Virus record (IMG/VR): IMGVR_UViG_2974516482_000001
Location: 95,225-159,128 of that record
From: a virus
Taxonomy: Duplodnaviria > Heunggongvirae > Uroviricota > Caudoviricetes > Ackermannviridae
Direction: 5' to 3' (one strand)
DNA length: 63,904 bases
Shown here: in pieces, positions 55,527-63,243 of the stretch
Numbering within the stretch: position 1 is the stretch's first letter
Layout of the letters: each line of letters starts with the position of its first letter
The notes under the pieces: model-generated
Told to the model about the DNA's origin: nothing
Databases searched by the model: none
What the model saw: only the letters and a program-made list of their open reading frames with translations
Program-made: the position numbers and the translations under genes

Positions 55527-56944
55527 AGGGAGTTCAAGTCCTCAGAGAAGACCCAGAAATATATCCCTGGTGTAACCTCCATGACATATGCGCCTTCAAA
55601 GTCCGTTGGACCATCATATACGCGCTGTATTTTAGGGACAATCCCTTTTTCATAAAGACGATAGTAACACATCGCCAGCCATGGCGCTACAGTCCCCAGA
55701 CCGTCTTCATAGTTAGATTTGGTGCGATACGCCAATACGAACATCAGCTGTATCAAACGCAGCTTTTGTTCTAAACGCCACACGAGTTTGACGTCTTTGA
55801 TACCATATCGGGTGTGCTTGCAATAATCATTAAAATATAGATCATACAATGACTTGCTTTCACTATAATCCAACTTCTTCTCACCAAGTTCACAATAAGC
55901 GATCCAATCCAGTGAGTATTTTTCGCGGGTTGTGTACGTGTGTTTCTTGTAAACTTGCATGTAGTCCATCATAGGACAACCCACGAATTGATAAGAAGTC
56001 ACGTCGCCTTTACGGTCTTTGATGAAACGTTTCTTGAGTTTGCCCCAAGGACTGAGGCGCTCTGCCTGAGTTTCACCGAGAACCTGCGTAATACGTTCAA
56101 CCAAGTACGGGCTATCAAACGTTTCGATGTTCCAGCCAGTCCAACCATCAAATTGACGTTCAGACCAATAATCTAAGAAAGCGCGAAGAAGTTCTTGTTC
56201 AGTCGTGTATTCTTTGTATTCAACCTCAAGACCACCTATCTCTTCATCATTTGTATCATATTTGAATTTATGGCGATCCTTAGAGCACGGCATACCCCAG
56301 ACATAGAACTTGTTGGTGTTCATGTCTTGAAGCTGGATGAGCGTAATAGGGAAGGCGGCATTCATGTTCTGTGTGATCTTACCATTACTATCAATGATAG
56401 GGAACTGGTCAGTCACGTTGTTGGAAATAAAGGAACCTGGGAAATGCTCTCGAACGAAATCATGGTTGGCCAACACTTGCTTATGGAATCGGCGAACACG
56501 CGCCTCGCTCCCCTTAAACGTGTGGGATTCAATCGTCGCGTGAGGAAATGGGCCTTTAGTCATTTCTCCATCGCGCCACCCAGCCGAGAAAACTTCGATA
56601 TCCACGTTGGCGATGTGAATATTTGAGTAATCGGGGGTAATCATCCCAGGAAAACTATGCGCTATGAATTGATATGCATAATCCGTTTGTCCGTAAACGG
56701 CAGCGCCTTCGACCTCCTTATACTCCTCCAGATAGTTGTCGGCGTCACGCATTGACGCAAATTTTTTAGACACCAACGGTTCATTGAGGAGGCCAATCTT
56801 TTCAACTTTGGAATAATCGGCTGTGGGTAAATACAAGGTGGGTTCGAATTTCTTACGCAACATACGGCGATTGCCGTTGTCGTCTGCAATACGAATCAGA
56901 AGGTCGTTACCCTGTCGGGCAACGTTCGTATAGAAAACAGTCAT
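55527..56944 (-). CDS. 43: DNA polymerase gp43A, exon 1 (3'-5' exonuclease and palm motif A)
   Basis: DIEV, TGWNIETFD, YSLD, YGIKDV and FEGAYV...DLNS motifs. Start refined to MTVFYTN after GGAG. Confidence 0.93.
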
Positions 56945-57023
56945 TGTTTGTCTCCGGTTAACCGTGCCGTCAGCACGTCCCCGTAATTTAGCCGAGGAAC
57001 GTTCAATGACCAAGGAGTTTATT

Positions 57024-57596
57024 ATGGCAATCCCCTTTGTGAGTATGATCCCAGGGGCGCTCAAGCAACTCTGGAACCTCGGGACTGATTTGATCCAATA
57101 CAAGCGGGAAGTTGTTCAGGCCAAACACGATGTCAAGCTAGAGGCTATCAAGTCCTCCTCAGATTGGGAGCTGTCTAAGATCACCGAAGTCGGCGGGTCT
57201 TGGAAAGACGAATTCTGGACTATCGTGTTAGCTGTTCCCGCTATCCTCGTCATGACTGCTCCGGTTGTGGAACTAATCCTGTTCCCTGATGAGTATCATA
57301 AAGGGGATTTCATCAAAGCAGTAATCGGCGGCCTCCAGGCGCTCGATACCGCACCTGAATGGTATACCTATTCGTTATTGACAGCAATTAGTGCATCATT
57401 CGGTATCAAGGGGTATAACCATTACAAAAGCAACAGCCGGAAGGCGCAAGCTGTGGATGCTCTCAAACAGTTTGGGGTCAAAGTGGTTAACAAAGATCCC
57501 ACTGTTGTTACTCAGTCGGGTTCTCCCGATCTTGAGTCTGCTCCCCCAGCTGGGTCTACTGCGACCTCTGGTGCGTGGCCTGATCTGAAGAAATAA
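57024..57596 (+). CDS. Membrane protein, 3TM-holin-like candidate
   Basis: SWKDEFWTIVLAVP...WY...L...ISASFG pattern with 2-3 TM segments; AAGGAG RBS. Confidence 0.6.
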   Translation: MAIPFVSMIPGALKQLWNLGTDLIQYKREVVQAKHDVKLEAIKSSSDWELSKITEVGGSWKDEFWTIVLAVPAILVMTAPVVELILFPDEYHKGDFIKAVIGGLQALDTAPEWYTYSLLTAISASFGIKGYNHYKSNSRKAQAVDALKQFGVKVVNKDPTVVTQSGSPDLESAPPAGSTATSGAWPDLKK

Positions 57597-57600
57597 GTTA

Positions 57601-57625
57601 GAGGGGAGGAAACTCCCCTTTCTTT
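57601..57625 (+). terminator. Intrinsic terminator
   Basis: aggggag-gaaa-ctcccct-ttcttt. Confidence 0.8.
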
Positions 57626-57637
57626 TGGTGTTAAGGA

Positions 57638-57850
57638 ATGAAAGTGGTAAACAAGAGATTGCTCGTCACCCAAGGCGGGGCGACGATAGTAAGAGGAAGG
57701 ATTTACGAACAGATTCAGCTGGGTGATCATAAGACACGCCTGACTGTCAAAGCACCGGACGGCGGATGGCCCACAAAGGTGGTTGTCCCCGACGGCCTCA
57801 TAGAACGAGGGAAAGCAGTGTACAAAGGAGCAGAGTTCAAAATTTATTAA
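57638..57850 (+). CDS. Hypothetical protein (70 aa)
   Basis: AAGGA RBS. Confidence 0.65.
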   Translation: MKVVNKRLLVTQGGATIVRGRIYEQIQLGDHKTRLTVKAPDGGWPTKVVVPDGLIERGKAVYKGAEFKIY

Positions 57851-57867
57851 AATATTTATTGAATAAA

Positions 57868-57896
57868 GTTTACTTCTTCAATAACTGGCGTATACT
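57868..57896 (+). promoter_or_regulatory. T4-early-like promoter GTTTAC-N17-TATACT
   Basis: Near-consensus with an AT-rich UP element. Confidence 0.75.
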
Positions 57897-57945
57897 TCTA
57901 ATTGTAGTACGAACAAACAACAATCTGAAGAGAAGGAAATACATC

Positions 57946-58503
57946 ATGGCAATCGAAATTATCGCTCAATCTAAATCCGGCAAAACTGTATTGTTCGGCA
58001 CCGAAGAAGGCCGTGTAATCACCACTTTGGGCACAGTTGACGGCAGCAACCCCGTAAAAGGCGGTCGCTTCCTGGTTGAGTACGGTTCTCGTGTCGTGAT
58101 GGTAAGTAAAATTGATGGGCGTGATATCACCGCTCCTCGTCAAGAATTCTTTGATTCACGTTCTGCCGCCATGCAATTCTTTCTCTTCCAGAAACGTCAT
58201 GAACTCTTTGTAGAAGCGAAAGACGCAGGTCTGGACGACGCAACGGCTGAGCTGATTGCCGAAGGTAAAATGACTCTTGAGACTGCTCTGGGAGACATGG
58301 ATTGCGAAGCCGAAGCGCATTATATTGAATATTCCGCATATCAGAACGAATGTGAAGATGATCCGGAAGATGATGGATTTGATCCAGATCTTCACGGCGG
58401 CGAGGATGACAATACTCCTTCTCTGGAAGTGATTATGGCTGGTGGTCAGGCCGCTTGGGAATGGCAGAATGAAAAGAACGCATGGTTGGATTCCCGCCTC
58501 TAA
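57946..58503 (+). CDS. Early hypothetical protein with an acidic C-terminus
   Basis: Start refined to MAIEII after AAGGA. Confidence 0.75.
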   Translation: MAIEIIAQSKSGKTVLFGTEEGRVITTLGTVDGSNPVKGGRFLVEYGSRVVMVSKIDGRDITAPRQEFFDSRSAAMQFFLFQKRHELFVEAKDAGLDDATAELIAEGKMTLETALGDMDCEAEAHYIEYSAYQNECEDDPEDDGFDPDLHGGEDDNTPSLEVIMAGGQAAWEWQNEKNAWLDSRL

Positions 58504-58509
58504 TATGAC

Positions 58510-58529
58510 AAAGCCCCTTCGGGGGCTTA
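58510..58529 (+). terminator. Terminator-like hairpin
   Basis: aagcccc-ttcg-ggggctt. Confidence 0.7.
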
Positions 58530-58553
58530 CCTTGAAAACTGAAGGACTATATC

Positions 58554-59099
58554 ATGAATATGCCAAAAACTCCTGTCCGTATCGCAGTTGAGCCTCTGTT
58601 GTCCCAGGCTGAAGACGCCGCAGTCATGTCGGCAACGAATATTATTAACAAAGTCATGGAAGATTTAGAATCTCACGGCTGGGATATTAATGCTTGTGCT
58701 CCATGGCCGTCCAGCGTAGGGATAAGACTTGGTCATCCAGATTACGTGGGCATGAAATCTAAACACACATTGTATCATTCATTGGTTCAACTCGTTTCTT
58801 CAACATATCAGCCTGGTAAACCAGAAATTGTTAAGCGCGACCCAGACCGTCAAAAACGATTTATTGATGAAGCTCGTCGTAACGCTGCATTTCAATATGA
58901 AGCATTCATCATTAAACTAGAAAATAAAATCGGTGGGCACAGTGATGCAATCTTAAAGGGTTCCCATATCTGGGATTATTCGATTCTGGAAGTGACTACA
59001 CCAGAGGGAATTGAATATTGGAAGACACACACGATCATCAACGTGTCGAAACTCGGCAAAATTTTTAACCAATATCCAACAAGAAAGGTCAAAGCATAA
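58554..59099 (+). CDS. Conserved phage hypothetical protein (181 aa)
   Basis: C-terminal WKTHTIINVSKLGKIFNQYPTR pattern. Confidence 0.75.
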   Translation: MNMPKTPVRIAVEPLLSQAEDAAVMSATNIINKVMEDLESHGWDINACAPWPSSVGIRLGHPDYVGMKSKHTLYHSLVQLVSSTYQPGKPEIVKRDPDRQKRFIDEARRNAAFQYEAFIIKLENKIGGHSDAILKGSHIWDYSILEVTTPEGIEYWKTHTIINVSKLGKIFNQYPTRKVKA

Positions 59100-59100
59100 A

Positions 59101-59124
59101 CAAGGGGGCAATAGCCCCCCCTTG
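59101..59124. terminator. Bidirectional terminator
   Basis: caaggggg-c-aata-g-cccccccttg between convergent genes. Confidence 0.7.
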
Positions 59125-59125
59125 T

Positions 59126-59584
59126 TTATTTCCCGTCCCAGAAATCGTCTTCATCGTCTACTTCATCAAACGCAGAATCCAATTCTTCGTCAGAGTACTC
59201 TGGAAGACGACCATTCTGTTTCAGATATTCAATTTCGTCATCTTCCAATTGAAGATCCGTGGCTATAAACAGCGCCCCTGTTTCTTCATCGTGCTCAATA
59301 CTGTAAGATGTATATTCAGCACCCTGGACTGTAATGATGATAGACGTCGGGTCTTCTGGGTCCACATTGGCTTCAAACGGGATACCGTCAATCGGGGCGT
59401 CCTCTAAAAATGTAGCAAGAGCTACGGCGGCGCGGACGACGTCTGTCCCTTGTACGGAAGCATAAATCTCTTCAGCGCCTGTTTCCCCGCGCTCAAAGAA
59501 TTCAATCGTAGTCCCGTCTTGAACACCAGTCCAGATAGGCATATCTGCTGGGGAATCAGATTCAAATAATTTCGAAATTGGCAT
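59126..59584 (-). CDS. Acidic late hypothetical protein (152 aa)
   Basis: Late promoter CCTAAATA at 59617-59624; GAGG RBS. Confidence 0.75.
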   Translation of the reverse strand: MPISKLFESDSPADMPIWTGVQDGTTIEFFERGETGAEEIYASVQGTDVVRAAVALATFLEDAPIDGIPFEANVDPEDPTSIIITVQGAEYTSYSIEHDEETGALFIATDLQLEDDEIEYLKQNGRLPEYSDEELDSAFDEVDDEDDFWDGK

Positions 59585-59616
59585 GGCAATGTCCTCTTGA
59601 ATAAAACGCTTTGGAC

Positions 59617-59624
59617 TATTTAGG
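59617..59624 (-). promoter_or_regulatory. Late promoter CCTAAATA
   Basis: Motif match. Confidence 0.6.
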
Positions 59625-60069
59625 CTTCTCTGGTCGCCAACCCTGGCTTAAACACCACCATTTCCTCAACGTTATTGGCACTCATAGAGGCTATGGAATC
59701 GAACCCTTTGTTGATAAGTTCTTTCACATTATCATGTATCTTACCAGGCTTTATCCCCAACTCACGCATTTTATTTTCCCACACCGAAACATTGTTGGAA
59801 TCTATTACAAGAGTCTTCTTGGCCTTGACACGAAATGCCATGACGACAGGTTCACCAGATTGACGATAGCGCACGGCATTTTCTGCGTAGATCTGTGCCT
59901 TTTCTGGATCCCCTGTCAGGTAAAACCCAGCACCCATCGTACCAGAGTCAGTCTGGCCAAATTTTTCAAAATCAAATATATCGAATTCAACATTAGACCC
60001 ATGATACAAAACGATATTCGTAAAATCAGGCAACGTTGATTCGCGATAAAACTCTAGAAAGGTTTTCAT
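59620..60069 (-). CDS. ADP-ribosyltransferase-like (ART-PolyVal-like) protein with a capsid-targeting N-terminus
   Basis: MKTFLEFYRE; LYHGS, GAGFYLT.DPE.A..YA, GFDSI and EEMVVFKP motifs. Confidence 0.7.
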   Translation of the reverse strand: MKTFLEFYRESTLPDFTNIVLYHGSNVEFDIFDFEKFGQTDSGTMGAGFYLTGDPEKAQIYAENAVRYRQSGEPVVMAFRVKAKKTLVIDSNNVSVWENKMRELGIKPGKIHDNVKELINKGFDSIASMSANNVEEMVVFKPGLATREA

Positions 60070-60091
60070 AGATACCCCACACTGGTCGTAT

Positions 60092-60103
60092 GGGGTATTT
60101 AGG
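60092..60103 (-). promoter_or_regulatory. Late promoter CCTAAATACCCC
   Basis: Full Vi1-like late motif. Confidence 0.75.
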
Positions 60104-60108
60104 ATGGT

Positions 60109-61302
60109 TTAGCTGGGGACAAACTCATTCACAGGGACATGTTCGGGGATTGATAATTCAGGACAAGCATCTTTCATCGCTTCCAGATATGGCTTGCTAC
60201 CCACGATCCAAAACAATGAGTTCTCATTAAGCAATTCTGGTTTGTGTTCCTGTATCCATGTCATCACCTTCCCTTCATAACGAGGATGCAACTCAATATC
60301 TCCCCACTGGTAATCCATGAGGTCGTTGTAACGAACCCAATTAGTGGTATGAAGATCCCAATGGTGTACCTCAAAGCGAGGAAGCACGATATCCGGCTCG
60401 TTCTTTGGCCTGATACCACTTAGGAGGCCAGCCAACGAAACGCTCTTAGAGGCATGCTGAAGATCCTTCTTACCATACACATAATCTGGGTTGTCGTGAT
60501 AGCGACGAGTGAAATCAGTTATGTGAGGGAGGTTTGCTTGCTTACCGATAATGCGCAAACGACTTTCAATGAAATCTAATCGGTTTGGGCCAATCCCGAT
60601 CAGATAGACATTCTTCAGATTTGGTTTCGGATGCATCGCCAAACCTGTCAGGATACTGGTGCATGAATTACAAGAACCAGCAGGAATGATCAGATCAGTG
60701 ATATGGTCTGGGATATTGGCAACCTGCTCACCACCCAGCATATGGAATCCAGCAATGCGTTCTGGTGAATGAACGGTATGATCCAATGTAATGCCATATT
60801 CCAGATAATACGCCTTTGGATTTAATTGTTCAATGAGTTTCTTACAGCGCGGCTGAATGGTGCTATTGTAACCAGATCCAACAAAGTTGAACTCACTACC
60901 AAACCATGATGACATTGAAACCATATCATGATTCATGCATGTGGTTGGTTTAGTGGCACCCAGCACAGTGGTTGTCTTGCCGCCGAAATGCCGTGAGACT
61001 GCCGTCGCCATAGGGGACTGCGGACTACCAACGACAGTACCATGGATAAGATCTGGGGATCCTCCAGCTTTCAGATGCTCCATCATGAGCCAGATGGCCT
61101 GACGGAGTTTGCTGCCATTGATCCCCTGCTTGCCATTCATATAGCATGACAAAGGTGCGAAGTAATCTTCACGTTTGAACCAAACCTGCTGATTGGTTTC
61201 TGGATTGGCAATGAGTTCGCACGGGGTATGTTTGTAGAGATAATCTTCCCAATGAACCAAATCGCGGTTGAGGGAAAGGGTATCGAAGATGGTTTTGTTC
61301 AT
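60109..61302 (-). CDS. Fold-type II PLP-dependent enzyme (thymidine hypermodification decarboxylase)
   Basis: WFKRED, GSKLRQ (PLP lysine), IIPAGSCNS and LHPRYEGKV motifs. Confidence 0.8.
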   Translation of the reverse strand: MNKTIFDTLSLNRDLVHWEDYLYKHTPCELIANPETNQQVWFKREDYFAPLSCYMNGKQGINGSKLRQAIWLMMEHLKAGGSPDLIHGTVVGSPQSPMATAVSRHFGGKTTTVLGATKPTTCMNHDMVSMSSWFGSEFNFVGSGYNSTIQPRCKKLIEQLNPKAYYLEYGITLDHTVHSPERIAGFHMLGGEQVANIPDHITDLIIPAGSCNSCTSILTGLAMHPKPNLKNVYLIGIGPNRLDFIESRLRIIGKQANLPHITDFTRRYHDNPDYVYGKKDLQHASKSVSLAGLLSGIRPKNEPDIVLPRFEVHHWDLHTTNWVRYNDLMDYQWGDIELHPRYEGKVMTWIQEHKPELLNENSLFWIVGSKPYLEAMKDACPELSIPEHVPVNEFVPS

Positions 61303-61309
61303 TCTATTT

Positions 61310-61357
61310 CTCCTGTAGGCATTGGCTTATCATAGCGTATCTACAGGAGTATAGAAA
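61310..61357 (-). promoter_or_regulatory. TTCTAT-N16-TATGAT promoter within a perfect 9-bp inverted repeat that covers the RBS
   Basis: ctcctgtag (61310-18) and ctacaggag (61342-50). Confidence 0.6.
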
Positions 61358-61371
61358 AGGAGAATCTCAGA

Positions 61372-62022
61372 TTACTTAGTCAGGAAGTCCAGCAGACGGC
61401 GGAAGAACGATTTGCGTTCTACTGGTTTCTTAGATTCAGGAACCGGAATAGAACTATCATGTTTAACAACCGGAGCACCACTGGCCAGAGGAGTTGGCTT
61501 CAAAGATTTAATTGCCTGATCCAAATAGGAATTGTCCACGACACTCACTTCTTCACCGACCGTAACGCATGGTTTGATCAGAACAGATTTCTTAGACTGC
61601 TCATATTGATGAGCGATGTCCAGATATTTCTTGCGCTCTGCGTAGAAATCAACATTCTTTACTTTACGGCGGCGAGCAGTAGAACTCTCTTCACCATAGA
61701 AATCATAACCATTTTTGAATAACCAATTCACGGCTTGCTCAAATGTATTGAACACCATATACAGACCGCGTCGACCATTTACCATGTCGTCTTCGCTGGA
61801 ATAACCAATGAATACCGCTTGCCCTTTCTTGTTGATATCGAAAGGAGTGCACACACCAGTTTCTTCAAGTGATCGCGGAGCAAGATGCCCGTCCCGATAG
61901 ATATATGCCGGATACAAGAACTCATTAAGAGTACGTTTGTTCCCTTTGTATGTGTACAGGCGAGCAAATGGAGGCAGGTCACAAACGACATCGTTGTAAT
62001 CCCAAATCGTAACATTACGCAT
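61372..62022 (-). CDS. Hypothetical protein (216 aa)
   Basis: GAGG RBS. Confidence 0.75.
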   Translation of the reverse strand: MRNVTIWDYNDVVCDLPPFARLYTYKGNKRTLNEFLYPAYIYRDGHLAPRSLEETGVCTPFDINKKGQAVFIGYSSEDDMVNGRRGLYMVFNTFEQAVNWLFKNGYDFYGEESSTARRRKVKNVDFYAERKKYLDIAHQYEQSKKSVLIKPCVTVGEEVSVVDNSYLDQAIKSLKPTPLASGAPVVKHDSSIPVPESKKPVERKSFFRRLLDFLTK

Positions 62023-62043
62023 GTTGTTTCCTCAAATCAATGA

Positions 62044-62089
62044 AGGGGTTTATAAACGGTTAAATTTTAAACCCCTCTTCCTCATTGAA
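62044..62089 (-). promoter_or_regulatory. TTCAAT-N14-TAAAAT promoter inside an inverted repeat
   Basis: aggggttta ... taaacccct. Confidence 0.6.
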
Positions 62090-62182
62090 CAAATCAAATA
62101 CTAGTCATATAAAGTGGGACAACCTGCTCAGCGATCAACACGACCTCGGTAATGGTAAAGTCACCACCATAAGAGTACAGTT

Positions 62183-62320
62183 TCATTTGCGCCCCGTTGG
62201 AGCGCTGGGGCTATCACACAGATACACAGAACCGTGAGTCACTTGAAGAGTTTTCAAAGATGTGCCGTCTGAGACTTGCGTCCATGTACTTGCGTTTGGT
62301 GTGATCTTAGCAGTTGCCAT
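62183..62320 (-). CDS. Small late hypothetical protein (45 aa)
   Basis: MATAKITPNASTWTQVSDG...CDSPSAPTGRK*; AGGAGG RBS; AATAAATA upstream. Confidence 0.55.
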   Translation of the reverse strand: MATAKITPNASTWTQVSDGTSLKTLQVTHGSVYLCDSPSAPTGRK

Positions 62321-62360
62321 AATAGACCTCCTTTACAAGTCAGATCTATTTATTACAGAC

Positions 62361-62390
62361 AAAAAGAAGCCCGATCGTCCTGATCGGGCT
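62361..62390 (-). terminator. Terminator of the tRNA/ncRNA cluster
   Basis: Minus strand agcccgatc-aggac-gatcgggct-tcttttt. Confidence 0.8.
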
Positions 62391-62448
62391 ATGTTAAACC
62401 ATCGTGGGGATGGAAAGACTACTCACAGCAATTTCTGATAATGGGCGT

Positions 62449-62605
62449 TGGGAGAGTGCGTCGGGAATCGAACCCGAAACCGTCAGGACAATGAAAAGCT
62501 ATTGCATTTCACCTTGCATATCCTCCGGCTTTCTTAACTTCCTTAACCCCAGATTGTTATGAAGTCGGCATGCACACCTTCTTCATCTTCAGGAAGTCAC
62601 ACTCA
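62449..62605 (-). ncRNA. tRNA-like ncRNA (acceptor stem, T-arm and CCA; about 156 nt)
   Basis: GAGUGUG/CGCACUC stem and UCGGG-UUCGAUU-CCCGA T-arm; no D or anticodon arm. Confidence 0.65.
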
Positions 62606-62614
62606 TTATTCTGA

Positions 62615-62700
62615 TTGCTTCAACTGGATTCGAACCAGTGACCTCAGGCACCTTGTTCTCTCGAAACTTTCCTGCGCTCTACCACTCGAGCTATGAAGCA
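62615..62700 (-). ncRNA. tRNA-like RNA with an expanded anticodon loop
   Basis: Normal acceptor, D and T arms; a 22-nt segment replaces the 7-nt anticodon loop; no encoded CCA. Confidence 0.7.
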
Positions 62701-62703
62701 ATT

Positions 62704-62792
62704 TGGCGGAAGGTGAAGGATTCGAACCTTCGGGGGCTAAAAGCCCCACTCGATTAGCAGTCGAGTCCCTTAAACCTCTCGGGCAACCTTCC
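62704..62792 (-). tRNA. trnS: tRNA-Ser(GCT)
   Basis: CUCGA-CUGCUAA-UCGAG anticodon arm, long variable arm and CCA. Confidence 0.93.
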
Positions 62793-62796
62793 AATT

Positions 62797-62880
62797 TGGA
62801 GCGGGAGAACAGGATTCGAACCTGTCCAGTGATCGTCGCCGATGATCAGTCGGCTACTGGCCAACCCCTATGGCTCCCGC
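62797..62880 (-). ncRNA. Atypical tRNA-like RNA (GAT pseudo-anticodon)
   Basis: GCGGGAG/CUCCCGC-UCCA, canonical T-arm and GCCGA-CUGAUCA-UCGGC; non-canonical D-arm. Confidence 0.6.
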
Positions 62881-62886
62881 GAAATT

Positions 62887-63177
62887 TGGACGGGCTTCAC
62901 ACCCGATTGTGCATTTGATCTACCGTAGCCCAACTCCCCGCGCTTCTCAGCGCCGATTGGTTAACTGGCACCAGTGCCTTCTGGTTCGATCTCCTGGAAC
63001 TTTACAGGCTTCGCGCCTGACCATTTCTGGAAGTTGGGGCATCGTTTCCGATGTGGAGTCACCCATTTTATACACAGCTGGCTGCAACGCTTACTGTGTT
63101 TGGTCTGCCGCTGCGTGCTGGGCCACGCTCGAGGACATCGGCCATCCTTCCTCAGCTAATCCACGCGGTGGTAGATT
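62887..63177 (-). ncRNA. Large structured ncRNA (about 290 nt)
   Basis: Closing helix AUCUACC/GGUAGAU, several GNRA-capped hairpins, 3' end ...CCCGUCCA. Confidence 0.55.
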
Positions 63178-63181
63178 TGTA

Positions 63182-63240
63182 TCAGAGCGTCCGGTGTAGC
63201 TTTCCGTGAGGTGCGCACTACTGTAGCCTCTACACTCTGA
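63182..63240 (-). ncRNA. Compact structured RNA element (about 59 nt)
   Basis: Nested stems UCAGAG/CUCUGA, GUGUAG/CUACAC and GAGG/CCUC. Confidence 0.45.
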
Positions 63241-63243
63241 ATT

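Noticed and set aside
56945-57103. N-terminal extension of the polymerase ORF (and of the opposite-strand ORF from 56964)
   Set aside because: Both overlap the divergent gene or intergenic region. RBS-supported starts are 56944 (minus) and 57024 (plus).
62887-63177. tmRNA, RNase P RNA or hammerhead identity for the large ncRNA
   Set aside because: There is no tmRNA acceptor/T-arm pair or convincing tag frame, and no RNase P P4 consensus. CUGAGGA resembles a hammerhead core but the required GAAA after stem II is absent.
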